This document shows positions 14,630 to 25,971 of a stretch of 64,000 nt of DNA, piece after piece. The position numbers were made by a program, and so were the translations under genes. The stretch is from Octopus sinensis (taxonomy: Eukaryota), in assembly GCF_006345805.1 (NCBI RefSeq), contig NC_043002.1, forward strand, positions 71,176,001 through 71,240,000, given 5' to 3'. How positions within the stretch are numbered: position 1 is the stretch's first letter; each line of letters begins with the position of its first letter. Below the pieces are notes generated by a model. That model searched no databases. It saw only the letters and a list, made by a program, of their open reading frames with translations, and was not told the origin of the DNA.

Positions 14630-14935
14630 GAATATGGGGGTTTAGTTCATTGGTGATTTAAAGAAATAAGTACGCTGGGTAGGTGCCATAACGGATTATT
14701 AGGGTTTCCAAGTTCACAATTGAGACGGCAGACATGGATCCATTTTAGGTTTCCCATTTAGCACATATATATTCGTGAAAGAGAACAACTAACGCCGTGG
14801 CTTAACAAGCATCCCAATTCATATATATTATTCTCTATTATTCTTAACTACTTTAGGAATAATATAAAATAATGTATATAACTTGAGATGCTTGTTGTAC
14901 CTCAGCATTTGTTGTCGTCTTTCACACGCACAGAA

Positions 14936-14968
<33 letters not shown>

Positions 14969-15044
14969 CAGATATATATATATATATATATATACATATA
15001 CAGATATATATATATATATATACAGATATATATATATATACATA

Positions 15045-15093
<49 letters not shown>

Positions 15094-15128
15094 GCATATA
15101 TATATATATAAATACATATGCATATATA

Positions 15129-15210
<82 letters not shown>

Positions 15211-15214
<4 letters not shown>

Positions 15215-15878
15215 TTATATATGAGGATAATATCGATATTTAAGTGTCGAAATTATCAAGTGGCCAGCATGAAAGAAATACCTTACAAAGGTAAAAAAAT
15301 CTTTAACAATTAAAAATGAGGGTGTCTAAAAGACACCAACATGCCGAAATAGCAGTCGAAACTCTGACTAGAAAACCACGTTAAATGTTCATATCGCACC
15401 ATGAGGTAAAGCGGAGGGACAAAACATACAAGTAAACATTATTGAATAATTCAAGATCCAAGGATTTCTGGTTCTGCTTTAAATAAGCTTTACCGTCATC
15501 AATTGAATATATCAAGGGTACATAAATACAGATATATATATGCACAGCAAACGATATACTTACATATATACGAGCGTCGTACATACATACATATGCACGT
15601 ATGAACACAGCCAGTCTGAATCGCCCGCCAAATCACCGCATAATAACGATATGGTTAAAATAAGCACCGCAGTGAATATAATAACGAATTATATAAATTT
15701 ATATATGAGATAATATCGATATTTAAGTGTCGAAATTATCAAGTGGCCAGCATGAAAGAAATACCTTACAAAGGTAAAAAAAATTTTAACAATTAAAAAT
15801 GAGGGTGTCTAAAAGACACCAACATGCCATGTAAGTATATCGTTTGCTGTGCATATATATATCTGTATTTATGTACCC
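15211..15878 (-). mobile_element. Hammerhead-containing repeat: 484-bp unit x ~1.3 plus an inverted segment
   Basis: 15211-15345 repeats at 15695-15828. 15829-15878 is the reverse complement of 15516-15565. (TA)n tracts lie on both sides. Confidence 0.75.
15449..15508 (-). ncRNA. Type I hammerhead ribozyme-like motif (variant core)
   Basis: Minus strand: attcaa TTGATGA cggt...acca GAAA tccttgga TC ttgaat. It has a 6-bp stem I and near-palindromic stem III, but C3 is U and the base of stem II is mismatched. Confidence 0.6.
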
Positions 15879-15929
15879 AGGTTTCGGTTAATTCGAATTA
15901 TCCTTAATAATTCATTCAACTACTCAAAT

Positions 15930-16005
<76 letters not shown>

Positions 16006-16365
16006 ATATATATAGGTTTGCAGAATTAGCGGTCGTAGTAACCGACTAAGGGATAATGGTATCCGAGTTTACTATCTGTATCATATTACCTGTGGTATCC
16101 CTGGGCATGGGTATGCAGGTACACTATGTTGATAGGGTGCAGGTAGCAATAGAATGAACAAAAGTTTATCAGGAATCAAATTCAAACAATCAGAAAATGG
16201 AGGAAACTTTGGGTCAACAATCAAACAAATTGATTCACATCGTTTGATTATTTTGTGATACAAGAACATATGTTTTCGTATTTAAAAATAACCAACCGAT
16301 GTCGTTCAGTTTGTTTGATTTGATTACAGGTTTTCTCTATTTTCTGATTACATATATATATATTT

Positions 16366-17205
16366 GTACTCTTTTTTACTTGTTTCATTCATTTGACGGT
16401 GGCCATGCTGGAGCACCGCCTTTCAGTCGGGCACATCGACCCCAGGACTTATTCTTTGTAAGCGTAGTATTTATTCCATCTGTCTCTTTCACCGAACAGC
16501 TAAGTTACAGGGACGTAAACACACCAGCATCGGTTGCCAAGCGATGGTGGCGGAACAAACACAGACACACAAACATATACACACACATGTATATATATAT
16601 ATAAATATTCTCCTGAATTGAACTGAGACTGCCAGCCGCCACTGACCATTCAAAATACGACCATCAGGGCACTCCCAGATTCTCCCACCCCCTTTCCTCA
16701 CCAGCCTTCTCTCTACTACCCTACCAAGAGCTCACAACTACCTCGAACACACAAGTGCAAACAAGGGAGTCAGAGAAAGGCAGAATGCCACTTAAATCTG
16801 AACACTACTATAGAAATATTCTTTTAAAAAAACTTTTCTTCTAATTTTTCTAAATTAATTATTTAATCGTACAGTTGAAAAGGTCTCAAAATGACCGAAA
16901 CCGGTACTGAAATGTTCACTATAAAATTATTTTAGCATTTTCTATTTTTTACTTGTTTTTTCATATATATCAACTCGTGTGTTCCTTTTCACCCTTATAC
17001 ATATATATATATGTATATATATATATACATATATACATATATACGACGGGTTTCTTTCAGTTTCTCTCTACCAAATCTAGTCACAAGGCTTTGGTCGACC
17101 CGCGGCTATAGTAGAGACACTTTCCCAAGCTGCCATGCAGGTGGGACTGAACTTGGGAACCATGTGGCTGGTAAGCAAGCTACTTAACACACAGCCACAC
17201 CTACA
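16366..17205 (-). mobile_element. Family A SINE split by a ~400-bp insertion in its internal microsatellite
   Basis: SINE 3' half at ~16366-16590 and 5' half at ~17042-17205. The insert (~16605-16997) carries a decayed HHR motif at 16871-16910 (+). Confidence 0.8.
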
Positions 17206-17208
17206 CCT

Positions 17209-17274
<66 letters not shown>

Positions 17275-17749
17275 CAGTCGAAGTGTCCAGTACCCACACA
17301 AACATACATACATACATACACATACGCACACACACTCATACACACGCACTCACACACACATATCCATTTATGTATATATCAGAAATTAAAAATGGAAAAT
17401 ACGCTCACTTTACATAGTTTTAATATAATTTTTTATATATCGACCGGTTTCGCTATCGCTATTCCTGATATTATGTTTTACTTATTTGAATATGTGTTTT
17501 CTTAAGAAGAAAATTTTTCCATGTTCTATTTGATGATATTTATGAGTTAATGACTTCACAAGTAGAAAAAAAAGGGGAGTTAATTGGTTATTGTTATTGT
17601 TGTGGGCAAGGGAGATAACTGTTCAGTTTTCGGTAAGGGGAGGGGAATATACATGTACAGACAAAAAAGGTTTCGAAAAAATTTGTTTAGTGAGGGGATT
17701 TATGTACAGTGATGTAATCGTGATTTGAAATATGTAAAAGGATAAAAGT

Positions 17750-18246
17750 TAGTTATGCGTGCATATTAAGACGTGTTCTGTATTTTTCATTGAAAAAAGT
17801 TTACTTAAACGTTCTTGTGGAGAGATTGTTTATTTGCACTGGTGGAAGGCGAAGACTGTGAAATTTGGTTTGATATTATCTGCAAATTTGTCTATATGTT
17901 CACTGAGAGTAATTTGCCTGTATGCTGGAAACGGATTTGCTCTTTATATAGAGTAGTTCTCCTTCTCAAGGTCATACTCGTCTATCCAATATTGCTGTGT
18001 CCGCAACCCGAGCAGGTTATTACATACATCAGGTTCTCAGAGGTACAGTGAAACTAGTTTTAATTGTGAACATTTGAACTTGTTTGAAAAGGAAATCCAA
18101 GCCTTCAGGTAGGTTGGAGCAGCTTCCACAGTTTGGGCGTCCACATTTTTCAACCGTTGGTTTCGTGGTTGTTTTGTAAGATTCGCATTTGGTAGTAATC
18201 TCTTTAATGTCTTTAATAATTTGTCTTGTATTTTGCAAACTACCAC
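17750..18246 (-). pseudogene. Penelope-type GIY-YIG endonuclease fragment, copy 1 (frameshifted)
   Basis: KCGRPNCGSC Cys motif. Same sequence as copy 2 apart from single-base indels. Confidence 0.8.
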
Positions 18247-18430
18247 GAGAACTACAAATTAAATCACGTTAAAACGTGGTACAAATAAAACTAGAATAAA
18301 TAGATATAAATATGTATTTTATCTATGAAAATACATTTTAGCTTATAGAAGAAAAAATAACAAACTATAGTATATCATTACTGGAAAATTCAAATACAAG
18401 AAATTAAAGGAAAATATTTAAAACAATATA

Positions 18431-18503
<73 letters not shown>

Positions 18504-18843
18504 TATATATATAATATATATATATAATATGAGGGAGTATGGATCCAAACTTACAGGAAAAAATTAGATTTAGGATTAACTCAAACTTCACAGTATAAAT
18601 ATATAAAATATGAATTACTGATAAAACCACTATTAGGCAACTCAAACAGTGATAGACATAAACCAATACATAAATAACAAATAATATAATATAATATATA
18701 TATAATATAATTAATATAATAATATAATATATATAATATAATTAATATAATATATATAATATAAAATTTAAATATTTTAAATTTTAAAGAAAATGTTAAC
18801 CAAAAAGTATAAAAAGAATGATAAATATAATATAATAAGTAAG

Positions 18844-18951
18844 ATCACTACGTACGTTTCATGGCTATAATTAAATTTGAATTACAATTAAGTTTAAATT
18901 CAATTGAAATACTTTCGAATTAAAATTATAGTCAATCTTCAGGTTAATGAT
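18844..18951 (-). ncRNA. Type I hammerhead ribozyme motif in Penelope repeat, copy 1
   Basis: Minus strand: atcattaac CTGAAGA ttgactataatt...aattatagccat GAAA cgtacg TA gtgat. Stem III is palindromic, stem II is long, stem I is short and bulged. Confidence 0.7.
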
Positions 18952-19269
18952 AATAGTTAAATAAATAAGCAAGTAGAGTTAAACAATATTTTTAAAGAAA
19001 TAAATAAAATAATAATTTTTCTTAGAAGAAAATTTTTCCATGTTCTATTTGATGATATTTATGAGTTAATGACTTCACAAGTAGAAAAAAAAGGGGAGTT
19101 AATTGGTTATTGTTATTGTTGTGGGCAAGGGAGATAACTGTTCAGTTTTCGGTAAGGGGAGGGGAATACATGTACAGACAAAAAAGGTTTCGAAAAAATT
19201 TGTTAGTGAGGGGATTTATGTACAGTGATGTAATCGTGATTTGAAATATGTAAAAGGATAAAAGTTAGT

Positions 19270-19765
19270 TATGCGTGCATATTAAGACGTGTTCTGTATT
19301 TTTCATTGAAAAAAGTTTACTTAAACGTTCTTGTGGAGAGATTGTTTATTTGCACTGGTGGAAGGCGAAGACTGTGAAATTTGGTTTGATATTATCTGCA
19401 AATTTGTCTATATGTTCACTGAGAGTAATTTGCCTGTATTGCTGGAAACGGATTTGCTCTTTATATAGAGTAGTTCTCCTTCTCAAGGTCATACTCGTCT
19501 ATCCAATATTGCTGTGTCCGCAACCCGAGCAGGTTATTACATACATCAGGTTCTCAGAGGTACAAGTGAAACTAGTTTTAATTGTGAACATTTGAACTTG
19601 TTTGAAAAGGAAATCCAAGCCTTCAGGTAGGTTGGAGCAGCTTCCACAGTTTGGGCGTCCACATTTTTCAACCGTTGGTTTCGTGGTTGTTTTGTAAAGA
19701 TTCGCATTTGGTAGTAATCTCTTTAATGTCTTTAATAATTTGTCTTGTATTTTGCAAACTACCAC
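19270..19765 (-). pseudogene. Penelope-type GIY-YIG endonuclease fragment, copy 2
   Basis: KCGRPNCGSC...FTCTSENLMYVITCSGCGHSNIG*TSMTLRRRTTLYKEQI...LSEH. This matches the PLE Cys linker followed by the 'VIY.I.C..C...YIGET...R' pattern, with in-frame stops. Confidence 0.85.
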
Positions 19766-19949
19766 GAGAACTACAAATTAAATCACGTTAAAACGTGGTA
19801 CAAATAAAACTAGAATAAATAGATATAAATATGTATTTTATCTATGAAAATACATTTTAGCTTATAGAAGAAAAAATAACAAACTATAGTATATCATTAC
19901 TGGAAAATTCAAATACAAGAAATTAAAGGAAAATATTTAAAACAATATA

Positions 19950-20001
<52 letters not shown>

Positions 20002-20320
20002 AATATGAGGGAGTATGGATCCAAACTTACAGGAAAAAATTAGATTTAGGATTAACTCAAACTTCACAGTATAAATATATAAAATATGAATTACTGATAA
20101 AACCACTATTAGGCAACTCAAACAGTGATAGACATAAACCAATACATAAATAACAAATAATATAATATAATATATATAATATAATATATATAATATATAT
20201 ATATAATATATATATATAATAATATAATATATATAATATAAAATTTAAATATTTTAAATTTTAAAGAAAATGTTAACCAAAAAGTATAAAAAGAATGATA
20301 AATATAATATAATAAGTAAG

Positions 20321-20428
20321 ATCACTACGTACGTTTCATGGCTATAATTAAATTTGAATTACAATTAAGTTTAAATTCAATTGAAATACTTTCGAATTAA
20401 AATTATAGTCAATCTTCAGGTTAATGAT
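20321..20428 (-). ncRNA. Type I hammerhead ribozyme motif in Penelope repeat, copy 2
   Basis: Same sequence as 18844-18951. Confidence 0.7.
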
Positions 20429-20914
20429 AATAGTTAAATAAATAAGCAAGTAGAGTTAAACAATATTTTTAAAGAAATAAATAAAATAATAATTTTTCTT
20501 AGAAGAAAACTCCATTATTTAAATTAGAAATTTAAAACATCAGTATTATGTCATACAACTCATTTATTATGTTAGGTATTTATTTTAAGGTAAATAAATA
20601 CATAGAAATATGTATTTATCTATGAAGAAATAATATGGCTTGAAAAAACATAATAAACTCACGAATATATATATATATATATATATATAATTAATCAATA
20701 TAGGGTGGCAAAAAATTTCGTAGAATTTATTTGCCACCAGCGGCCTAGTGGGAAAAAAATAAATAGTCATAGACCATTTATAAGTTCAACATCACAATCA
20801 AGGAATGGCCATAATAGGCCATTCACCCACTAGAAATAACAGCCAAAGTTTCAACCGCAAAATAACATCAATTCCGCAAACCAGGAGAAAATTTAAAAAA
20901 CATTTACACTGTAA

Positions 20915-21019
20915 TTTCTTATACGATGCACCGTTTCATCTATTGTTTAATGGTAAACCAACCTGATTAAATTAAATCAAGCCAATCTTCCATAGGCCGA
21001 TAGATTCGTCAGTAAGAAA
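20915..21019 (-). ncRNA. Type I hammerhead ribozyme, array copy 1
   Basis: Minus strand: tttctta CTGACGA atctat[56 nt]atagat GAAA cggtgcatcg TA^taagaaa. The full conserved core is present with a GUA cleavage triplet. Predicted cut lies between 20922 and 20921. Confidence 0.92.
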
Positions 21020-21395
21020 CAGCCAGATCCGAGCAGATATTATCACGAGGCACCTCTATCCCTGCCTCGGCAATATCTGACCTAAAATTTTCAAATCATC
21101 GCACTCGCGCCAAATTTATCGGCAGCAAATATAAGCCGCCGATTCCATTACGGAATTAACCAGAAAATTCATAATTAATCAATATAGGGTGGCAAAACAT
21201 TCGTAGAATTATTTGCCCCCAGCGGCCTAGTGGGAAAAATTAAAATAGTCATAGACCATTTATAAGTTCAACATCACAATCAAGAATGGCCATAATAGGC
21301 CATTCACCCACTAGAAATAACAGCCAAAGCTTCAACCGCAAAATAACATCAATTCCGCAAACCAGGAGAAAATTAAAAAAACATTTACCCTGTAA

Positions 21396-21500
21396 TTTCT
21401 TATACGATGCACCGTTTCATCTATTGTTTAATGGTAAACTAACCTGATTAAATTAAATCAAGCTAATCTTCCATAGGCCGATAGATTCGTCAGTAAGAAA
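21396..21500 (-). ncRNA. Type I hammerhead ribozyme, array copy 2
   Basis: Same intact core and stems as copy 1. Confidence 0.92.
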
Positions 21501-21877
21501 CAGCCAGATCCGAGCAGATATTATCACGAGGCACCTCTATCCCTGCCTCGGCAATATCTGACCTAAAAGTTTCAAATCATCGCACTCGCGCCAAATTTAT
21601 CGGCAGCAAATATAAGCCGCCGATTCCATTACGGAATTAACCCAAAATTCATAATTAATCAATATAGGGTGGCAAAAAATTTCGTAGAATTATTTGCCAC
21701 CAGCGGCCTAGTGGAAAAAATTAAATAGTCATTGACCATTTATAAGTTCAGCATCACAATCAAGGAATGGCCATAATAGGCCATTCACCCACTAGAAATA
21801 ACAGCCAAAGCTTCAACCGCAAAATAACATTAATTCCGCAAACCAGGAGAAAATTAAAAAAAACATTTACCCTGTAA

Positions 21878-21983
21878 TTTCTTATACGATGCACCGTCTC
21901 ATCTATTGTTTAATGGGTAACTAAACCTGATTAAATTAAATCAAGCTAATCTTCCATAGGCCGATAGATTCGTCAGTAAGAAA
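21878..21983 (-). ncRNA. Type I hammerhead ribozyme, array copy 3 (core mutant GAAA>GAGA)
   Basis: Plus strand reads gcaccgtctc instead of gcaccgtttc at 21898, which is A14G in the core. Confidence 0.8.
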
Positions 21984-22363
21984 CAGCCAGATCCGAGCAG
22001 ATATTATCACGAGGCACCTCTATCCCTGCCTCGGCAATATCTGACCTAAAATTTTCAAATCATCGCACTCGCGCCAAATTTATCGGCAGCAAATATAAGC
22101 CGCCGATTCCATTACGGAATTAACCAGAAAATTCATAATTAATCAATATAGGGTGGCAAAACATTTCGTAGAATTTATTTGCCACCAGCGGCCTAGTGGG
22201 AAAAAATTAAATAGTCATAGACCATTTATAAGTTCAACATCACAATCAAGGAATGGCCATAATAGGCCATTCACCCACTAGAAATAACAGCCAAAGCTTC
22301 AACCGCAAAATAACATCAATTCCGCAAACCAGGAGAAAATTAAAAAAAACATTTACCCTGTAA

Positions 22364-22468
22364 TTTCTTATACGATGCACCGTTTCATCTATTGTTTAAT
22401 GGAAAACTAACCTGATTAAATTAAATCAAGCCAATCTTCCATAGGCCGATAGATTCGTCAGTAAGAAA
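22364..22468 (-). ncRNA. Type I hammerhead ribozyme, array copy 4
   Basis: Intact CTGACGA / GAAA / GTA core and stems I-III. Confidence 0.92.
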
Positions 22469-22847
22469 CAGCCAGATCCGAGCAGATATTATCACGAGGC
22501 ACCTCTATCCCTGCCTCGGCAATATCTGACCTAAAATTTTCAAATCATCGCACTCGCGCCAAATTTATCGGCAGCAAATATAAGCCACCGATTCCATTAC
22601 GGAATTAACCAGAAAATTCATAATTAATCAATATAGGGTGGCAAAAAATTTCGTAGAATTTATTTGCCACCAGCGGCCTAGTGGGAAAAAATTAAATAGT
22701 CATAGACCATTTATAAGTTCAACATCACAATCAAGGAATGGCCATAATAGGCCATTCACCCACTAGAAATAACAGCCAAAGCTTCAACCGCAAAATAACA
22801 TCAATTCCGCAAACCAGGAGAAAATTAAAAAAACATTTACCCTGTAA

Positions 22848-22951
22848 TTTCTTATACGATGCACCGTTTCATCTATTGTTTAATGGTAAACTAACCTGAT
22901 AAATTAAATCAAGCCAATCTTCCATAGGCCGATAGATTCGTCAGTAAGAAA
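22848..22951 (-). ncRNA. Type I hammerhead ribozyme, array copy 5
   Basis: Intact core, with a 1-nt deletion at the distal tip of stem II. Confidence 0.92.
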
Positions 22952-23328
22952 CAGCCAGATCCGAGATATTATCACGAGGCACCTCTATCCCTGCCTCGGC
23001 AATATCTGACCTAAAATTTTCAAATCATCGCACTCGCGCCAAATTTATCGGCAGCAAATATAAGCCGCCGATTCCATTACGGAATTAACCAGAAAATTCA
23101 TAATTAATCAATATAGGGTGGCAAAAAATTTCGTAGAATTTATTTGCCACCAGCGGCCTAGTGGGAAAAAATTAAATAGTCATAGACCATTTATAAGTTC
23201 AACATCACAATCAAGGAATGGCCATAATAGGCCATTCACCCACTAGAAATAACAGCCAAAGCTTCAACCGCAAAATAACATCAATTCCGCAAACCAGGAG
23301 AAAATTTAAAAAAACATTTACCCTGTAA

Positions 23329-23433
23329 TTTCTTATACGATGCACCGTTTCATCTATTGTTTAATGGTAAACTAACCTGATTAAATTAAATCAAGCCAAT
23401 CTTCCATAGGCCGATAGATTCGTCAGTAAGAAA
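23329..23433 (-). ncRNA. Type I hammerhead ribozyme, array copy 6
   Basis: Intact core and stems. A seventh copy at 23813-23849 is truncated. Confidence 0.92.
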
Positions 23434-23843
23434 CAGCCAGATCCGAGCAGATATTATCACGAGGCACCTCTATCCCTGCCTCGGCAATATCTGACCTAAA
23501 ATTTTCAAATCATCGCACTCGCGCCAAATTTATCGGCAGCAAATATAAGCCGCCGATTCCATTACGGAATTAACCAGAAAATTCATAATTAATCAATATA
23601 GGGTGGCAAAAAATTTCGTAGAATTTATTTGCCACCAGCGGCCTAGTGGGAAAAAATTAAATAGTCATAGACCATTTATAAGTTCAACATCACAATCAAG
23701 GAATGGCCATAATAGGCCATTCACCCACTAGAAATAACAGCCAAAGCTTCAACCGCAAAATAACATCAATTCCGCAAACCAGGAGAAAATTAAAAAAACA
23801 TTTACCCTGTAATTTCTTATACGATGCACCGTTTCATCTATTG

Positions 23844-23892
<49 letters not shown>

Positions 23893-24537
23893 AAAATACC
23901 TAATGCACATTAAGTGAAGCTGAAATGCTATAATTTAATCTATATACATTAAAATATTATTTATGTATTTAATAAACATCTAATTTAAATCTTATTCTAA
24001 TTAAGTAATATATACTAAAAAACTTCATGCTAACTTATATACATAATTTTACTACAAACTATGACTACAAGAATTAAAAATAGAAAATGGTTCAAATATA
24101 CACACACAAATTAGTTAAACTTACACTTACTATATAATTAATTGATATAGAGATTTAATATTACACTCACTTATAGAATTAACGAAAGTATCAACTAATA
24201 TTTAAAGTATTTACTTAAATGCAATACTACATAACAAATGAAATTCCTACCTTTTAGATAAGATTTTGTCTTACAAAACTATTTCACAATGTATATTATA
24301 TGTGATGCGTTAATTCACAAGAGAATAACAATAATAAAAGTAATAAGTAGATATGTATCGTAACTATTAATTAGTATGGTGTGATTTAATTATATCATTG
24401 TTGAATTTCTACATGGTGATTCTTTTCTAATTTATATACATATAATATATATATATATTGGGAAATTTGATTTAGTATTACTAAATTGAATTTTTCCCAG
24501 TAAGTTTGGAATCATATTCCCTAAAATTATATATATG

Positions 24538-24583
<46 letters not shown>

Positions 24584-25072
24584 TACACTTCTTTCTGTCT
24601 CCTGTCCAAGCTTGATTTACGCGTTCACCACCACAACCACAACCTCGTTCAGGCTTAGAGGCCCTTCCTGTTTCTTTTCACTGTCCTGTTTGTCTTACCA
24701 ATTTTGACCCTCTGCAGAACCCAAAATTTTATTTCAGTTGCTTCGCGGGAGCAACTGTTTTATCGAAAGCGTATGTTGTTGTTAAATACCCGAAGTACGA
24801 GAATAGAAAAACAGCCAAAACTGATGAAGGATCGTTCTTTATGTTGTTTGCCTTGTTTTCCATTTGCGTCATTGGAAAAAAATAGTTCATACTCCATGTA
24901 CTCGTACTTCGTATGTTATTGTTGTACACGTTTCAAGACGTCCTGTGCCAACATATGCATATATGTATATATATATATATGTGTATGTGTGTGTGTGAGT
25001 GTGTGTGTATGTATGTATAGATGTAAGTATGTACATACACGTTTGTATACATGCACATATATATATTTTTTC

Positions 25073-25140
<68 letters not shown>

Positions 25141-25145
25141 ACATA

Positions 25146-25525
25146 TACTCTTTTACTCTTTTACTTGTTTCAGTCATTTCACTGCGGCCATGCTGGAGCA
25201 CCGCCTTTAGTCGAGCAAATCGACCCCGGGACTTATTCTTTGTAAGCTCAGTACTTATTCTATCGGTCTGTTTTGCCGAACCACTTAGTGACGGGGACAT
25301 AAACACATTGTCAAGCAATGCTAGGGGGATAATCACACACACACACACACATATATACATATATACGACAGGCTTCTTTCAGTTTCCGTCTACCAAATCC
25401 ACTCACAAGGCATTGGTCGGCCCGGGGCTATAGCAGACACTTGCCCAAGATGCCCCGCAGTGGGACCGAACCCGGAATCATGTGGTTGGTTAGCAAGCTA
25501 CTTACCACACAGCCACTCCTGCGCC
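25146..25525 (-). mobile_element. Full-length family A SINE
   Basis: Reverse complement of the family from the ggcgcaggagtggctgtgtgg head to the (taaaagag)n tail. Confidence 0.9.
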
Positions 25526-25704
25526 TATATACATACATATTTGAAATTGATAGAAAAAGAAAAAGCGGAGACAGGTGAAAAACAAGTAAGTGTATTGGTC
25601 TCACGCTAAGGGAAATAAAAAAAAGTCTTTAAGGCTTGATCCTAGACCCTTCAACAGAAAGGAATAAGAGGAAGTAAACAGAGAGAGGATGACAAAAACT
25701 TGTA

Positions 25705-25894
25705 GGCACAGAAGTGGCAGTGTGGTAATTAGCTTGCTTACCAACCACATGGTCCGAGTTGAGTCCTACTGCGTGGCACCTGGGGCAAGGGTCTTCCACT
25801 ATAGCCACGGGCCGATTAAAGCCTTATGAGTAGATGTGATAGACGGAAACTGAAAGAAGTTCGTGATGTGTACACACACACACATACAGACACG

Positions 25895-25971
<77 letters not shown>

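Larger units (their letters stand above)
17497..20509 (-). mobile_element. Penelope-like retroelement fragment, tandemly duplicated (~1.5 kb x 2)
   Basis: Two near-identical units (~17497-19016 and ~19017-20509). Each has a GIY-YIG endonuclease fragment and a hammerhead motif on the same strand. Confidence 0.85.
20687..23849 (-). mobile_element. Tandem array of ~483-bp hammerhead-containing units (~6.5 copies), non-LTR retrozyme-like
   Basis: Unit marker ataattaatcaata at 20687, 21171, 21651, 22135, 22620, 23100 and 23585 (periods 480-485). One HHR per unit, no meaningful ORF, (TA)n on both flanks. Confidence 0.92.

Noticed and set aside
20687-23849. Array as CRISPR, rDNA/snRNA cluster or coding repeat (ORF 23703-23903)
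   Set aside because: No unique spacers and no recognisable rRNA, tRNA or snRNA sequence. The ORF frame is broken by homopolymer indels between copies.
24705-24850. CTGATGA at 24821 and a nearby cagttgct/agcaactg hairpin as a hammerhead
   Set aside because: I could not build stems II and III with a correctly placed GAAA in any topology.
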